Part shown: positions 19,250-29,561 of the stretch, one piece after another
Numbering within the stretch: position 1 is the first letter of the stretch
Layout: the number at the start of each line of letters is the position of its first letter
Origin: an uncultured Clostridia bacterium
Lineage (GTDB): Bacteria > Bacillota > Clostridia > Christensenellales > Borkfalkiaceae
DNA length: 64,000 bases
Reading direction: 5' to 3'
NCBI GenBank assembly: GCA_937892545.1
Contig: CALAFO010000047.1
Span: 1,142-65,141 of the forward strand
The notes under the pieces: model-generated
Seen by the model: only the letters and a program-made list of their open reading frames with translations
Told to the model about the DNA's origin: nothing
Database searches by the model: none
Program-made: the position numbers and the translations under genes

Positions 19250-20764
19250 TTATAAAATTTCGAGGTTTTTGCGGTAGGTTTTCTTGAACTCCGCCGAAGC
19301 CGTCATCGCCGTGCGGATTTCCAGCGTAGCGTCGCCCGCAAGCTCCGTTTTCATGATGACGGAATCGCCCAGAACGTCGCAGGTGATGCCCGTTACAAGC
19401 CCCGCATGCGAACGGTCGAAGCTTTCCGCGATACGAAGCAACACGCCCAGCTTTTTCACCGCGTCGAGGTCCTCTTCCGTAACAAGGTCTTTATATCTCT
19501 GCCACTCGGTAAGGTTCACGTCCTCTCTTTCGTGGCAGCCCGCCACAAACGCCGCCAGCACGATCTCTCTGTGCGTGGCGCCGCAGATCATCGAATTCAG
19601 AATCATGTACATGCTGTGTTTCTGATGCCCGTAATACTTGATTCTCAGCCCCACGTCGTGCATGAACGCCGCGATTTTCAGAATTTTAAGATACTGCCGC
19701 GAAAACTTGTGCAGCACGCGCAGCTGCTTGAACAGCTGTATGGAAAGATGCACCACGTGCTCCACGTGCGCGGGGTCGCAGCCGTAATACAGCACCAGCG
19801 TTTCCAGCGAATAATTCAATACGTCGGAAATCGGCTTTTCCACCGTCATCGGCACGGACTGATTGAACATGATGCCCTCGCGCAAACCGTTTCCGCCGAT
19901 CGCGAAGTCTTTCACGCCCATATAATCCACAAACGATTTGATGATAGCCATCGCGGCGGGCATAATGTCCGCACGGGAAGGCGAAAGCCCGCGGATTTTC
20001 TTGCGCTTATCGATATCCAGCGCCTTGATTTTATCGTAAATCACGTTGAAATCGTCCGTGGACAGGCGGTAGTTATGTACCGTGTCAAGCGGGTATTTCT
20101 TAACGAGTTTGCTGATTTTGAACAGGTTTCTGAACGAACCGCCCACGCCGATCATCTGCACTTCTTCGGTATCCACTTCGGAAAGCCAGTCGATTTTCTT
20201 CAGCTGTTCAGTGAAAAATTCCACGGTGTGCGCCGCCGCTTCTTCGGGCGTGCAGTCGTTCGCGAAAAGGTCGGTCAGCGTAACCGCGCCGAACGGCAGA
20301 GAAGCCGAGCCGATCACGTTTCTGCGGTTGTAATAAATCACCTTCGTGCTGCCGCCGCCGATTTCAAGGATAAGCCCCTTGGGAATATCCATCGTGTTGA
20401 TTACGCCGCGGTATACTAAAATCGCTTCTTCCTCTTCGGAAAGCACGCGGATTTTAATGCCGCAGGTCGCCTGAATTTCATCGAGAAACGAACGCTGATT
20501 TTTCGCCCTGCGCACCGCCGCCGTAGCCACCGCGATGATGCGGCTCACGCCCGAAGCGTCGCAAAGCCGCTTGAACATTTTCAGCGCGCGGATGGTTTCC
20601 GCCACGCGCTGCGGCTTCAGAAAGCCGTCTCTGTCCATATCCTGCCCCAGCCGGACGCTTTCTTTCAGCTGGTCGGTTACCATAAAATGTCCTTCCGTGA
20701 ACAAGTCCACGATAACAAGTCTTGCCGTGTTCGATCCGAGATCGATAATGCCTATTCTTTCCAC
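19250..20764 (-). CDS. Ppx/GppA-family phosphatase with C-terminal HD domain
   Basis: IGIIDLGSNTARLV, EIGGGSTK and an HD region (FMHDVG). I prefer the GTG start at 20764 (AAAGGAAGG upstream). The listed ATG at 20860 has no RBS and adds 32 atypical residues. Confidence 0.8.
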   Translation of the reverse strand: MERIGIIDLGSNTARLVIVDLFTEGHFMVTDQLKESVRLGQDMDRDGFLKPQRVAETIRALKMFKRLCDASGVSRIIAVATAAVRRAKNQRSFLDEIQATCGIKIRVLSEEEEAILVYRGVINTMDIPKGLILEIGGGSTKVIYYNRRNVIGSASLPFGAVTLTDLFANDCTPEEAAAHTVEFFTEQLKKIDWLSEVDTEEVQMIGVGGSFRNLFKISKLVKKYPLDTVHNYRLSTDDFNVIYDKIKALDIDKRKKIRGLSPSRADIMPAAMAIIKSFVDYMGVKDFAIGGNGLREGIMFNQSVPMTVEKPISDVLNYSLETLVLYYGCDPAHVEHVVHLSIQLFKQLRVLHKFSRQYLKILKIAAFMHDVGLRIKYYGHQKHSMYMILNSMICGATHREIVLAAFVAGCHEREDVNLTEWQRYKDLVTEEDLDAVKKLGVLLRIAESFDRSHAGLVTGITCDVLGDSVIMKTELAGDATLEIRTAMTASAEFKKTYRKNLEIL

Positions 20765-20993
20765 TTTTTCTTCTGACCTTCCTTTTTGCCTGCCGTTTTC
20801 CGTAAACACGCTATTTTCCGTAAAAAACGCCACAATGAATTTTCGGGTATATTTTACCACATAAAATGCGTTTTGTCTATACCCTTTGGAAAAATTTTGC
20901 GTTTCCGGCGATTTTTTCTTTTATTTTTGATACTTTTTCAGCGTTTTTCTTGTGCAATTTCGCCATTAAATCCGTTGTTTTTGTCATGGCGCG

Positions 20994-21353
20994 TCAGTCT
21001 TTGTTTTTTGAAAAAGTAAACAACGCCAGAACTACGAGGAAAAGCCCGAAAGTTTTTCGCAGAAATTCGGCGGGAAGCGCCAGCGCCAGAAGCGAACCGG
21101 CAGCCGCCGCAACCAGCGCCGGAATCGCGTTTTTTACGGCGTTGTCTTTCTGCAGCAACCCGTTTTTCATATGCACGTTCAGCGCGCAGGCGCCCGTAGA
21201 CAGAAACGCGAACAGATTCGCCGACTGCGCGATTTTCTGCGGCACGCCGCCGAATAAAAGCAGCAGCGGAATCGTAATGGTTCCGCCGCCCATGCCCATG
21301 CCGGCGGGAATCCCGCCCAGAAAGCCGAGCAGAAGATATAAATAAAATCGCAT
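20994..21353 (-). CDS. half-size TauE/SafE (TSUP) family membrane protein, second of a pair
   Basis: Start at MRFYLYLLLGFLGGIPAGMGMGGGTITIPLL with RBS AAAAAGGAAAG. About 119 aa, 4 predicted TM helices. Confidence 0.7.
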   Translation of the reverse strand: MRFYLYLLLGFLGGIPAGMGMGGGTITIPLLLLFGGVPQKIAQSANLFAFLSTGACALNVHMKNGLLQKDNAVKNAIPALVAAAAGSLLALALPAEFLRKTFGLFLVVLALFTFSKNKD

Positions 21354-21438
21354 AAAATCTTTCCTTTTTATCCGCCTTAAGGCGCATTTTCCCCGATTCG
21401 CCCGCCCGACAGGGCGCGAAAAGCCGCCGCGTTTACGG

Positions 21439-21804
21439 CTAAGAAAAAACAAGCCACAGTCCCGCAATCAACTGCAGCCCCGTAAACACGTAAAACACCG
21501 CTTTTTCCGGCAGCACGGAAAGCAGCTTCGCCCCCGCGAACCCGCCCGCAAACCCGCCGAGCGCCACGGGAAGCGCCACGGAAAAATCAAAAAATCCGCG
21601 GAACGCATACAGCAGAAACGAAAGCAGCGAAACGGGCAGAATCACGGCGATCGCCGTAGCGTGCGCCCGCTTTTCTTCCAGCCCCTGCGCGCGGAGCAGC
21701 GGCACCGCAATCATTCCGCCCCCGCCGCCGAAAAGTCCGTTCGCAGCGCCCGTCGCGGCGCCGCAGACAATGCTTTTTACATCCGCCTGTTTATCGCTTT
21801 TCAT
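21439..21804 (-). CDS. half-size TauE/SafE (TSUP) family membrane protein, first of a pair
   Basis: Start at MKSDKQ...; GLFGGGGGMIAVPLL motif. About 121 aa, 4 predicted TM helices. Confidence 0.7.
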   Translation of the reverse strand: MKSDKQADVKSIVCGAATGAANGLFGGGGGMIAVPLLRAQGLEEKRAHATAIAVILPVSLLSFLLYAFRGFFDFSVALPVALGGFAGGFAGAKLLSVLPEKAVFYVFTGLQLIAGLWLVFS

Positions 21805-22059
21805 CTCCGCCCTTTTTCCCGCCTTTCCCTCGTTTAAGGATATTTTGCGTAAATTACGGAAAATTATCACGAATTTTATACGCAGGCACGGGAAAACGCT
21901 TGCCTGAAAAGGGCTTTTGTGGTACAATAATGCTGCATATTTCTATCAATATGTTCTTTTCTTGTCGCTTTTTCACGCGGATTCGCCCGTTTTACGGCGC
22001 AAAAACCGCAAAAAAACACGGCAAAAACAAGAAATCTATTTGTGCAAGGGTGCTATGTT

Positions 22060-25000
22060 ATGAGAAAAAATACAAGCAAAAACAAATTGTTCGCTCTCCT
22101 TCTCACGGCGTTTTTCGCGTCCGCGTCGGCGGGCGTGCTTTCCGCGTGCTCGAAAACGAACGATAACGAGGTGGATCAGTCGGAAATCTCTACCGATCAG
22201 ACGACGGATTCTTCCCGCATCAAAAACGGCTCGTTCGAATTCGATACGGAAAAAGAAACCACGCCCATCGTTACGTCGCCGAAAAGCTGGTCGCGCTCGT
22301 CCGTTCTTACAAGCAAGGCGGCAAGCGGCGTCATCGATACCGAAACTTCCGCGTGGGACAAGCTGACGAAATCGGGAAACATCACCCCGACAAGCGAATC
22401 GGAAGCCGAGGAAAAGTGGGCGGACATGAACACGTACGACCGCCTGCAATATATTAAAAAATGGAAAGACGCGAATAAGAACAAGAGCGTCGACGAACTC
22501 AAGTTTTACGAAAACCATTACAATATTTCCGCCGACGATATTCCTTCCGCCGACGTGAATCCCGGCACGCACTACGCCGAGGGCAGCGACGAAGCCAAAA
22601 AGAACACGAAAGTGCTGATGATTCACAATCAGTACACCTCGTCGTCGGGCACGGCGCAGAACTTCACATCCTCCTCTTCGCTCACCGTACCCGCGGGTAC
22701 CAGCGCGAAGCTTTCCGTATGGGTGAAAACGGCGGAACTTACCTACCGCTACAACGACGAGGACAACGCGGCGGATAAAAACCGCGGCGCCTACATCGGT
22801 ATTTCCCGCACGGTAGCGGGCAAGAGCAAAGATCAGGTGAAGGTGGAAAACATCAACACCGAAAAGATTCTTGCCGACGATTCCATTCCCGCCGAAAACA
22901 AGAGCAACGGCTGGGTGAAATACGAATTCTATCTGAAAGGCAGCGACTATGCAAGCAGCACGTTCACCGTGGTTCTGGGGCTCGGTCAAGGCACCTCTTC
23001 TTCCGTAATGGGCTTCGTGAACGGCTACGCGTTCTTCGACGATCTCGAATGTTCGCTCATCGAAAATTCCGAATATGAAACGCTTGCCGCAGGCGCCGAC
23101 AAAACGGCGGACGACGATACGACGGAATTCCGCGCGGATAAAGAAAATCTTGCCGATCTGAAATATGCCGTAGATGCGGGCGTTACGCTCAACTCCCTTA
23201 CGTTTGCAGACGCCGGAATCGCGGGCGCGGATAAAATTTCCGCAGACAACAACAATTTCGATATCGACAACGATAAAACGGGCGTGTTTGCGAAAAATTC
23301 CGTGAACACGGCTTCGGAAAGCAACGAATATTTCAAAGCCGTATGGGAAAGCGATTTCGCTTCTTCCTATCCTTTTGCCGAAACGAACGACATTTTAATG
23401 CTCTTCTCCGTAGGCAAAACGGCTTATGAAGCCACTACGGGCACCATTACCTTAAAAGCGAACTCCTCCGCCCTCTATTCCGTGTGGATTAAAACCTCGA
23501 AGATTCCCAGCGGCGCAACGGGCGCAGGCATCTCGTACACGGAAACGGACGCGGCAGGCAACGCCAAATCCGAGGACGACGAAAAAACGGCGCTGTTATC
23601 TTCCATCGATTCCACCGCAGGCACCAAAACGGAAGTGGACGATACCGCGGGCGGCAAGAAAGAAAACATCTTCGGCGGCTGGCAGCAATGCACGCTCCTC
23701 TTCGAAAACGATACCGAGGACGATAAGTACTTCACCCTGACGTTCACCTACGGCGCCACGGCGGACGACGCGGAAAAATCGGCGTACGGCGCCGGCTATG
23801 CCGCGTTCACGAATCTCGAAGCGATCGGTTCCAACCTGATTGCGGCGGACGCGGATCCGTTCACGCAGAGCGACTACTTCTCCACGGGCACGTACGCGGC
23901 GAAAAAGACGTTTTCCGACAGCGAGGAAAGCGCGGGCTTCGCGGCGTTCGATTCCAGAGCGTACAGCGCCGACAACACGAAGAAAGGCATCGAAAACGGC
24001 TTTGCCGACCTCGCCAACTACAAGGGCGTATGGGGCGGCAGCGGCAACGTTACCTCCTCTCCCGATCCGGATGCGGATAACGGCATCGACAACAACCCCT
24101 ACGCCGGGCTTGTAAATAAAAACTTCGCGGCGGATTACGTTGCAAGCGGCAGATATAGCGATGTGGAAGGACTGAACGAAATTTTCGGCGCGGCTTCCTC
24201 CGTATTCGATCAGGCGGCGGAACCCCTGATGATTTTCAATAAGGACGCAAACAAATCGTACGGCTATCTCGCTTCCTCTTCGGTTTCGATTTCGTCCGAT
24301 TCGTATAAAACGATTTCCGTGCGCGTAAAAACGTTCAACGCGAAAGCCAGCATCTACCTCATCGATGCCGACAGCGAGGACAACGCATCCCTCGCGCTTG
24401 CCACGCCGAAAGTTTCCTACTGGTACGATAAGACGGGCAACGTGTGCACGAAAGATCCGAAGAACGATAAAACGTTCAAATCCTCTACCGATACGGCGCT
24501 GTATCTCAACAGCCGCGGCTTGTACGAAGTAAACGCGAAGTGGTCGGACGACGCTTCTTTGCAGAACAAGTATTACGCCAACCTTTCCAACTACGAAGAG
24601 GACGAAGACGGCAACCTGCTTGTAGCCGACGGCGGCGTGCAGTACAATTACGACGCTTCCGCCTGGAGCAACGAAGGCACGGACGGCATCGCGTTCTATC
24701 ATAAAGACGGCGAAGAAAAAGGCATTTATTATGCCGACAAAGCGTGCACCGTACGCGTGTACGATCTGAACGATTTGGTGAAAGCCGGCAAGCTTACGCC
24801 GAGAACGGTTGCTTCCGAAGCGCAGGGCACGGCGGCGCTGGAATACAAAGAAATCGAAACGAACGGCGAATGGAGAACGTACACGTTCTATATCCACACC
24901 GGCAGCGAAGCGAAGAACTACCGCCTGGAAGTATGGAGCGGCACGCGCGATAACAAGAGCGAATTCGAAGCGGGCAGCTACGTAATGTTCGCGGCGGATA

Positions 25001-25548
25001 ACCGTACGGAACTCACTTCCGACACTTGGTCGTCGATGCTTCAGGAAACCATCGAAAGCGCGAAAACGCAGTCGAATTTAAGCGACGAAGATTTCTACAA
25101 GAGCGCGGCGGTAAGATATTATGCGTTCTCGTTCCTCGATTCGGCGAAATTCCTGCGGTACGATTCCGCGCTGGATAAAGACGACATCGGCAACGCGTAC
25201 ACCTCGTACGATTCCACTTCCGACGATTATAAGTTCGACCCCGATAAGAAGGCGGATTACGTTACCTACCTCGCCTACGAAAGCGACGATCACGAACAGA
25301 AGATTACGTTTGCGGATTATTCGAAAACGGACGTTTCCGTAACGGCGGATTCGAACGACGACAACAATTCGGACGACGACAACACCGACGATACCTCTTC
25401 TTCCGGCATGAACGGCTGGCTGCTTGCAAGCTCGATTATTCTTGCGGCGGTATTGCTGCTTGCCATGGTAAGCATTGCCGTACAGCGCATCGTGAAAAAG
25501 AAGAACAGAACGAAAGCGCCCAAAACCGCGAAACCCGCAAAAAAATAA
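22060..25548 (+). CDS. large (1162 aa) surface protein with N-terminal lipobox and C-terminal TM anchor
   Basis: MRKNTSKNKLFALLLTAFFASASAGVLSAC lipoprotein signal. An acidic Asn/Asp spacer and the hydrophobic helix GWLLASSIILAAVLLLAMVSIAV followed by KKKNRTKAPK at the C-terminus. Internal beta-sandwich-like periodicity. Confidence 0.7.
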   Translation: MRKNTSKNKLFALLLTAFFASASAGVLSACSKTNDNEVDQSEISTDQTTDSSRIKNGSFEFDTEKETTPIVTSPKSWSRSSVLTSKAASGVIDTETSAWDKLTKSGNITPTSESEAEEKWADMNTYDRLQYIKKWKDANKNKSVDELKFYENHYNISADDIPSADVNPGTHYAEGSDEAKKNTKVLMIHNQYTSSSGTAQNFTSSSSLTVPAGTSAKLSVWVKTAELTYRYNDEDNAADKNRGAYIGISRTVAGKSKDQVKVENINTEKILADDSIPAENKSNGWVKYEFYLKGSDYASSTFTVVLGLGQGTSSSVMGFVNGYAFFDDLECSLIENSEYETLAAGADKTADDDTTEFRADKENLADLKYAVDAGVTLNSLTFADAGIAGADKISADNNNFDIDNDKTGVFAKNSVNTASESNEYFKAVWESDFASSYPFAETNDILMLFSVGKTAYEATTGTITLKANSSALYSVWIKTSKIPSGATGAGISYTETDAAGNAKSEDDEKTALLSSIDSTAGTKTEVDDTAGGKKENIFGGWQQCTLLFENDTEDDKYFTLTFTYGATADDAEKSAYGAGYAAFTNLEAIGSNLIAADADPFTQSDYFSTGTYAAKKTFSDSEESAGFAAFDSRAYSADNTKKGIENGFADLANYKGVWGGSGNVTSSPDPDADNGIDNNPYAGLVNKNFAADYVASGRYSDVEGLNEIFGAASSVFDQAAEPLMIFNKDANKSYGYLASSSVSISSDSYKTISVRVKTFNAKASIYLIDADSEDNASLALATPKVSYWYDKTGNVCTKDPKNDKTFKSSTDTALYLNSRGLYEVNAKWSDDASLQNKYYANLSNYEEDEDGNLLVADGGVQYNYDASAWSNEGTDGIAFYHKDGEEKGIYYADKACTVRVYDLNDLVKAGKLTPRTVASEAQGTAALEYKEIETNGEWRTYTFYIHTGSEAKNYRLEVWSGTRDNKSEFEAGSYVMFAADNRTELTSDTWSSMLQETIESAKTQSNLSDEDFYKSAAVRYYAFSFLDSAKFLRYDSALDKDDIGNAYTSYDSTSDDYKFDPDKKADYVTYLAYESDDHEQKITFADYSKTDVSVTADSNDDNNSDDDNTDDTSSSGMNGWLLASSIILAAVLLLAMVSIAVQRIVKKKNRTKAPKTAKPAKK

Positions 25549-25572
25549 AAACGGATAAAACCGTTTAAATCA

Positions 25573-25604
25573 ATCCCCCGGACAAACGCATTTGTCCGGG
25601 GGAT
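25573..25604. terminator. bidirectional intrinsic terminator
   Basis: atcccccggacaaa-cgca-tttgtccgggggat is a perfect 14-bp stem followed by tttt, between converging genes. Confidence 0.7.
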
Positions 25605-25705
25605 TTTCAGTGATTTTTTTTATCTTTTTCGTTGTCCTCCGCCGGCAATCGCCGAACGAAAAAAATGGATATTGCCCGGAAGCGGCACGGCTTTCGGGCA
25701 AGTTT

Positions 25706-27025
25706 CTATCCGAACAGGCGCAAACCGTGCGGCAGATGATTTTTAATCACGCCGTTCGCCGCCTTTCCCCAGCCGAGCGGAAATCCGTTCACGCACACCG
25801 CGCACCAGCCCGCAACGCCGTCGAATCCGTCCGCCGGAATCTCTTCGCCGCGCAGATATTTTTGCACGCGCGCGTCGTCGTATTTCAGCGAAACAACGTT
25901 TTTCGCCTCGCCCCGTCTGATAGAAAGGGCATAGGCATGGGCGGGTTCGAAGCGGTTTTTCCTGATTTCGCCTAACTTTACGCCGCAGCGCAGAATTTTC
26001 AATTTCTGCCACGAAAAACAGTTTTCCGGCAAAGCGTACACCGCCCCGCCGTTTTCGTACAGGCAGTATTTTTTCTTTTCGCCGAAAATTTTCATGCAAA
26101 ACTCGTCAATCAGATTCTGCGTCTGCCGCGAAACGTTGCTTTTCTGCACGGGCAAATCCCGTCGCCCGCCGCTCGTCTTTCCGAACACGGCGCAATAATG
26201 TCCTTCGCCCCGTGCCTTATGCGGCAATATTTTTTCTTCGGAAATCAGTTCGAACTCCGCGTGCCGCGCCAGAAACGCCCGCGTCTGCGCCTCGTCCTCT
26301 TCGCGCGAAAACGTGCACGTGGAGTACACCAGTCTGCCGCCGCCCGCCAGCATCTTCGCCGCCGAATCCAGAATTTTTTCCTGCCGCGCGGCGCACAGCG
26401 CCACATTTTCCTCGCTCCACTCCCGCCTCGCTTCTTCGGCGTTTTTGCGGAACATCCCCTCGCCCGAACAGGGCGCGTCCGCTACGATTTTATCGAAATA
26501 TTCCGTAAAATAATCGCAGATTTCTTCGGGATACGCGTTCAGCACCACGGCGTTTTTCACCCCTAACCGCTCGATGTTCGAAAGCAGAATCTGCGCCCGC
26601 GCCCGCACGGGTTCGTTGCAGACAAGAATCCCCTCTCCCTGCATGGCGGCGGCAAGCGCGGCGGTTTTTCCGCCCGGAGCGGCGCATAAATCCAGCACCC
26701 GTTCCCCACGTTTCGCCTCTGCTTTCGGCGCAACGCACGCCGCAGAAGGTTCCTGCATGTAGTAAAGCCCCGCGCAGTGATACGGGTCGCCGCCCACCTT
26801 TTCGTTCTTCACGTACCGCGCGTTTTCGCTCCAGGACACGGCGCCGTCCAGCGCAAGCGGAGTAATTTTTTCAAATTCTCCGGCGTCGATTTTCAAAGAG
26901 TTGATCAACAAGCCTTTTTCGTACCCCGCACGAGAATATACGGCAAAAAAAGCCTCCCGCTCGTTTTCGGGAAGCTCGCCGCGCATTCTTTCTATAAATT
27001 TTTCGGGTAAATGAACCGTTTCCAT
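25706..27025 (-). CDS. RsmB/RsmF-family rRNA cytosine-C5 methyltransferase
   Basis: VLDLCAAPGGKTAALA (SAM motif I), DAPCSGEGMFRK and STCTF catalytic Cys motifs. Confidence 0.85.
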   Translation of the reverse strand: METVHLPEKFIERMRGELPENEREAFFAVYSRAGYEKGLLINSLKIDAGEFEKITPLALDGAVSWSENARYVKNEKVGGDPYHCAGLYYMQEPSAACVAPKAEAKRGERVLDLCAAPGGKTAALAAAMQGEGILVCNEPVRARAQILLSNIERLGVKNAVVLNAYPEEICDYFTEYFDKIVADAPCSGEGMFRKNAEEARREWSEENVALCAARQEKILDSAAKMLAGGGRLVYSTCTFSREEDEAQTRAFLARHAEFELISEEKILPHKARGEGHYCAVFGKTSGGRRDLPVQKSNVSRQTQNLIDEFCMKIFGEKKKYCLYENGGAVYALPENCFSWQKLKILRCGVKLGEIRKNRFEPAHAYALSIRRGEAKNVVSLKYDDARVQKYLRGEEIPADGFDGVAGWCAVCVNGFPLGWGKAANGVIKNHLPHGLRLFG

Positions 27026-27031
27026 CCGCCG

Positions 27032-28027
27032 CTACCCCTCTCGTTTTTCGTTTTGCACCGCTTCGCAAAGCGCCGCGCGGCACTCCGCCGCCGTAACGAT
27101 TTTCGCGCCCGCTTCTTCCGCCGTTCTGCGCCGCAGTCCGTTTTCGTCCTCCGGACATACGTACATATCGCACTCGGCGCTTTTGTACGCATACTTCGCG
27201 CCCGCCGCAAGCAGTTCTTTCAGCAGCGGAAACGCCTCTTCCGCATTTTCTTCGATGCGATGCGAAAAACTTACGCGCACGCTTTTCCACACGCCCGCCT
27301 TGTTGCGCTTTCTCGAAGAAACGTCGGCAAAACGGTGAAATTCCGCCATCGCCTTTTCTCGCCGTTCTTTTTTCTGCCGAGCCTCTTCTTTCGCCCGCCG
27401 CCCCGCGCGCGAAGAAACGGAAGTAATTTCGTAATTTTCTATTCTGCCAAGCGTGATATCGCACTGTTTAATCAGTTCGCGGAAAGAAATGCCCGCGGCT
27501 CTGCTCATCGCCTCGGCGGTTTTCATGGTGGCGTATGCGTCGTCCGCCGCCCGGTGCGGCGTAAATTCCACGCCTAATTCCTCGGCGATTTTTCCGAGAG
27601 AATACTGCCGTTTCATATCCCCTTTCAGGCACATATACACATACTGCGTGTCGGCAAAATCAAACGCGAACGAGGGCAGAGAAAAGCGTTTCGATTCCAG
27701 ATTCAGATATTTCACGTCGTTGCCCGTGGCATGCCCGCACACAAGCGTATCTTTATCCTGCAGCATCGCGTAAATTCTCTGCGCCACCGCGGGAAAATCC
27801 GGGCAGCCCTTGAATTCGTTGTAATCGTACGGCAAAACCAGCCCCCGTTCTCCCTTTCTGTCGGTGAGATGGAAGCCGCCGTGAGGATTGATTAAAATAT
27901 CCTCTTTTTTCACCACGTTGAAATCTTCGTCGGTAAGGCAATAGCCGAAGGCGCAGATTTTCGCCGTGGTTTTATTCACGCTGGCGCATTCAATATCAAA
28001 AAACAAATACATTTTCGGAAAAATCAA
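27032..28027 (-). CDS. DEDD-type 3'-5' exonuclease (DnaQ-like) with extra C-terminal domain
   Basis: FFDIECA (Exo I), GHATGNDVKYL (Exo II) and HRAADDAYAT (Exo III, DEDDh). Confidence 0.7.
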   Translation of the reverse strand: MIFPKMYLFFDIECASVNKTTAKICAFGYCLTDEDFNVVKKEDILINPHGGFHLTDRKGERGLVLPYDYNEFKGCPDFPAVAQRIYAMLQDKDTLVCGHATGNDVKYLNLESKRFSLPSFAFDFADTQYVYMCLKGDMKRQYSLGKIAEELGVEFTPHRAADDAYATMKTAEAMSRAAGISFRELIKQCDITLGRIENYEITSVSSRAGRRAKEEARQKKERREKAMAEFHRFADVSSRKRNKAGVWKSVRVSFSHRIEENAEEAFPLLKELLAAGAKYAYKSAECDMYVCPEDENGLRRRTAEEAGAKIVTAAECRAALCEAVQNEKREG

Positions 28028-28090
28028 AGCAAAAAACGCCGCGCCGCAGCCATTTGTGCAAAGAACTGCGCGCGGTGTTTTCCCGTCGGT

Positions 28091-29380
28091 TTATTTCGTG
28101 GGAAGAATTACTTTCTTTCCGCCCATATACGGCTGCAGCACTTCGGGAATCGTTACGCTGCCGTCCGCCTGCAGATGATTTTCCACAAACGCAATCAGCA
28201 TTCTCGGCGGCGCCACCACCGTATTGTTCAGGGTGTGCGCCAGTTTCGTTTTGCCGTCCGTATCCTTATAGCGGATGGAAAGTCTGCGTGCCTGCGCGTC
28301 CGTCAGGTTCGAACACGAACCCACTTCGAAATATTTCTTCTGTCTGGGCGACCACGCTTCCACGTCGCAGCTCTTATACTTCAGATCGGCAAGATCTCCC
28401 GAACAGCAACCCAGCTGGCGTACGGGAATTTCCATCGAACGGAACAATTCCACCGTATACTGCCAGAGTTTTTCGTACCACGCGTCGCTCTCTTCGGGGC
28501 GGCACACCACAATCATTTCCTGTTTTTCAAACTGGTGAATCCGATAGATGCCGCGTTCCTCGATGCCGTGCGCGCCCTTTTCTTTACGGAAGCAGGGCGA
28601 ATAGCTCGTCAGCGTCAACGGCAGCTTCGCGCCGTCGATGATCTGCCCCATGAATCTGCCGATCATCGAATGTTCGGAAGTGCCGATAAGATACAGATCC
28701 TCGCCTTCGATCTTGTACATCATATTGTCCATTTCGTCGAAGCTCATCACGCCCGAAACCACGTCGCCGTGAATCATATACGGCGGAATCACGTACGTGA
28801 AGCCTTTATCGATCATGAAATCGCGGGCATAGGTAAGCACGGCGGAATGCAGACGGGCAATATCGCCCGTAAGATAATAAAAGCCCTGCCCGGAAGTACG
28901 GCGCGCGGAATCCACGTCGATGCCGTCCAGTCTTTCCAGAATATCCAGATGATACGGCACTTCGAAATCGGGCACGACGGGTTCGCCGAACCGTTTAAGT
29001 TCCACGTTCTGCGAATCGTCTTTGCCGATGGGCACGTCGTCGGCGATGATATTCGGAATAGACATCATCGCTTTTTTCAGCGCCGCGTCCGTTTCCTCGT
29101 TTTCCTTTTCTATCTCCGCAAGGCGCGCGGCGTCGGCGGTTACCTGCGCTTTCACCTTTTCCGCTTCGTCTTTTTTGCCCTCTTTCATCAGCATACCCAC
29201 CTGTTTGGAAAGGGAATTGCGCGCGGCGCGGAGGGAATCCCCCTCGGCGATTAACGCGCGGCGTTTCGCGTCCAGCGAAAGAACCTCGTCCACCAGCGGT
29301 AATTTCTGATCCTGAAACTTTTTGCGGATATTTTCCCGCACTTTATCGGGATTCGTCCTGATGAGATTGATGTCGATCAT
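28091..29380 (-). CDS. serS: seryl-tRNA synthetase
   Basis: MIDINLIRTNPDKV N-terminal coiled-coil arm. Class II motifs (FRKEKGAHG, GSCSN...RRL), 429 aa. Confidence 0.95.
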   Translation of the reverse strand: MIDINLIRTNPDKVRENIRKKFQDQKLPLVDEVLSLDAKRRALIAEGDSLRAARNSLSKQVGMLMKEGKKDEAEKVKAQVTADAARLAEIEKENEETDAALKKAMMSIPNIIADDVPIGKDDSQNVELKRFGEPVVPDFEVPYHLDILERLDGIDVDSARRTSGQGFYYLTGDIARLHSAVLTYARDFMIDKGFTYVIPPYMIHGDVVSGVMSFDEMDNMMYKIEGEDLYLIGTSEHSMIGRFMGQIIDGAKLPLTLTSYSPCFRKEKGAHGIEERGIYRIHQFEKQEMIVVCRPEESDAWYEKLWQYTVELFRSMEIPVRQLGCCSGDLADLKYKSCDVEAWSPRQKKYFEVGSCSNLTDAQARRLSIRYKDTDGKTKLAHTLNNTVVAPPRMLIAFVENHLQADGSVTIPEVLQPYMGGKKVILPTK

Positions 29381-29432
29381 AATTCAAGCTTCTCCTTATG
29401 CTTTTCGTAACGCTTGTACTGCGATTTTCTTC

Positions 29433-29461
29433 ATTATACAACTTTCGCGGAAAAATTGCAA
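29433..29461 (-). promoter_or_regulatory. sigma-A-type promoter for serS
   Basis: Minus strand reads TTGCAA - 17 nt - TATAAT. This leaves only a ~45-nt leader. Confidence 0.5.
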
Positions 29462-29561
29462 TTAAATCAGCGAATAAATCAACGATTTACGCCTGATTTT
29501 TAGGTTTCGGCTTACTTTTTCCGCAAATAAATCGCAATCGGCAAAACTTATCGCGAAAGTC

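Noticed and set aside
20994-21927. TauE/SafE gene split by a frameshift (pseudogene).
   Set aside because: Each half begins with its own glycine-rich N-terminal motif, the second half has a good RBS and ATG, and the halves correspond to complete 4-TM repeats. Kept as a low-interest finding instead.
29381-29461. T-box leader upstream of serS.
   Set aside because: The promoter TTGCAA-17-TATAAT leaves only ~45 nt of leader. No specifier hairpin or T-box sequence (AATTAGGGTGGTACCGCG-like) is present.
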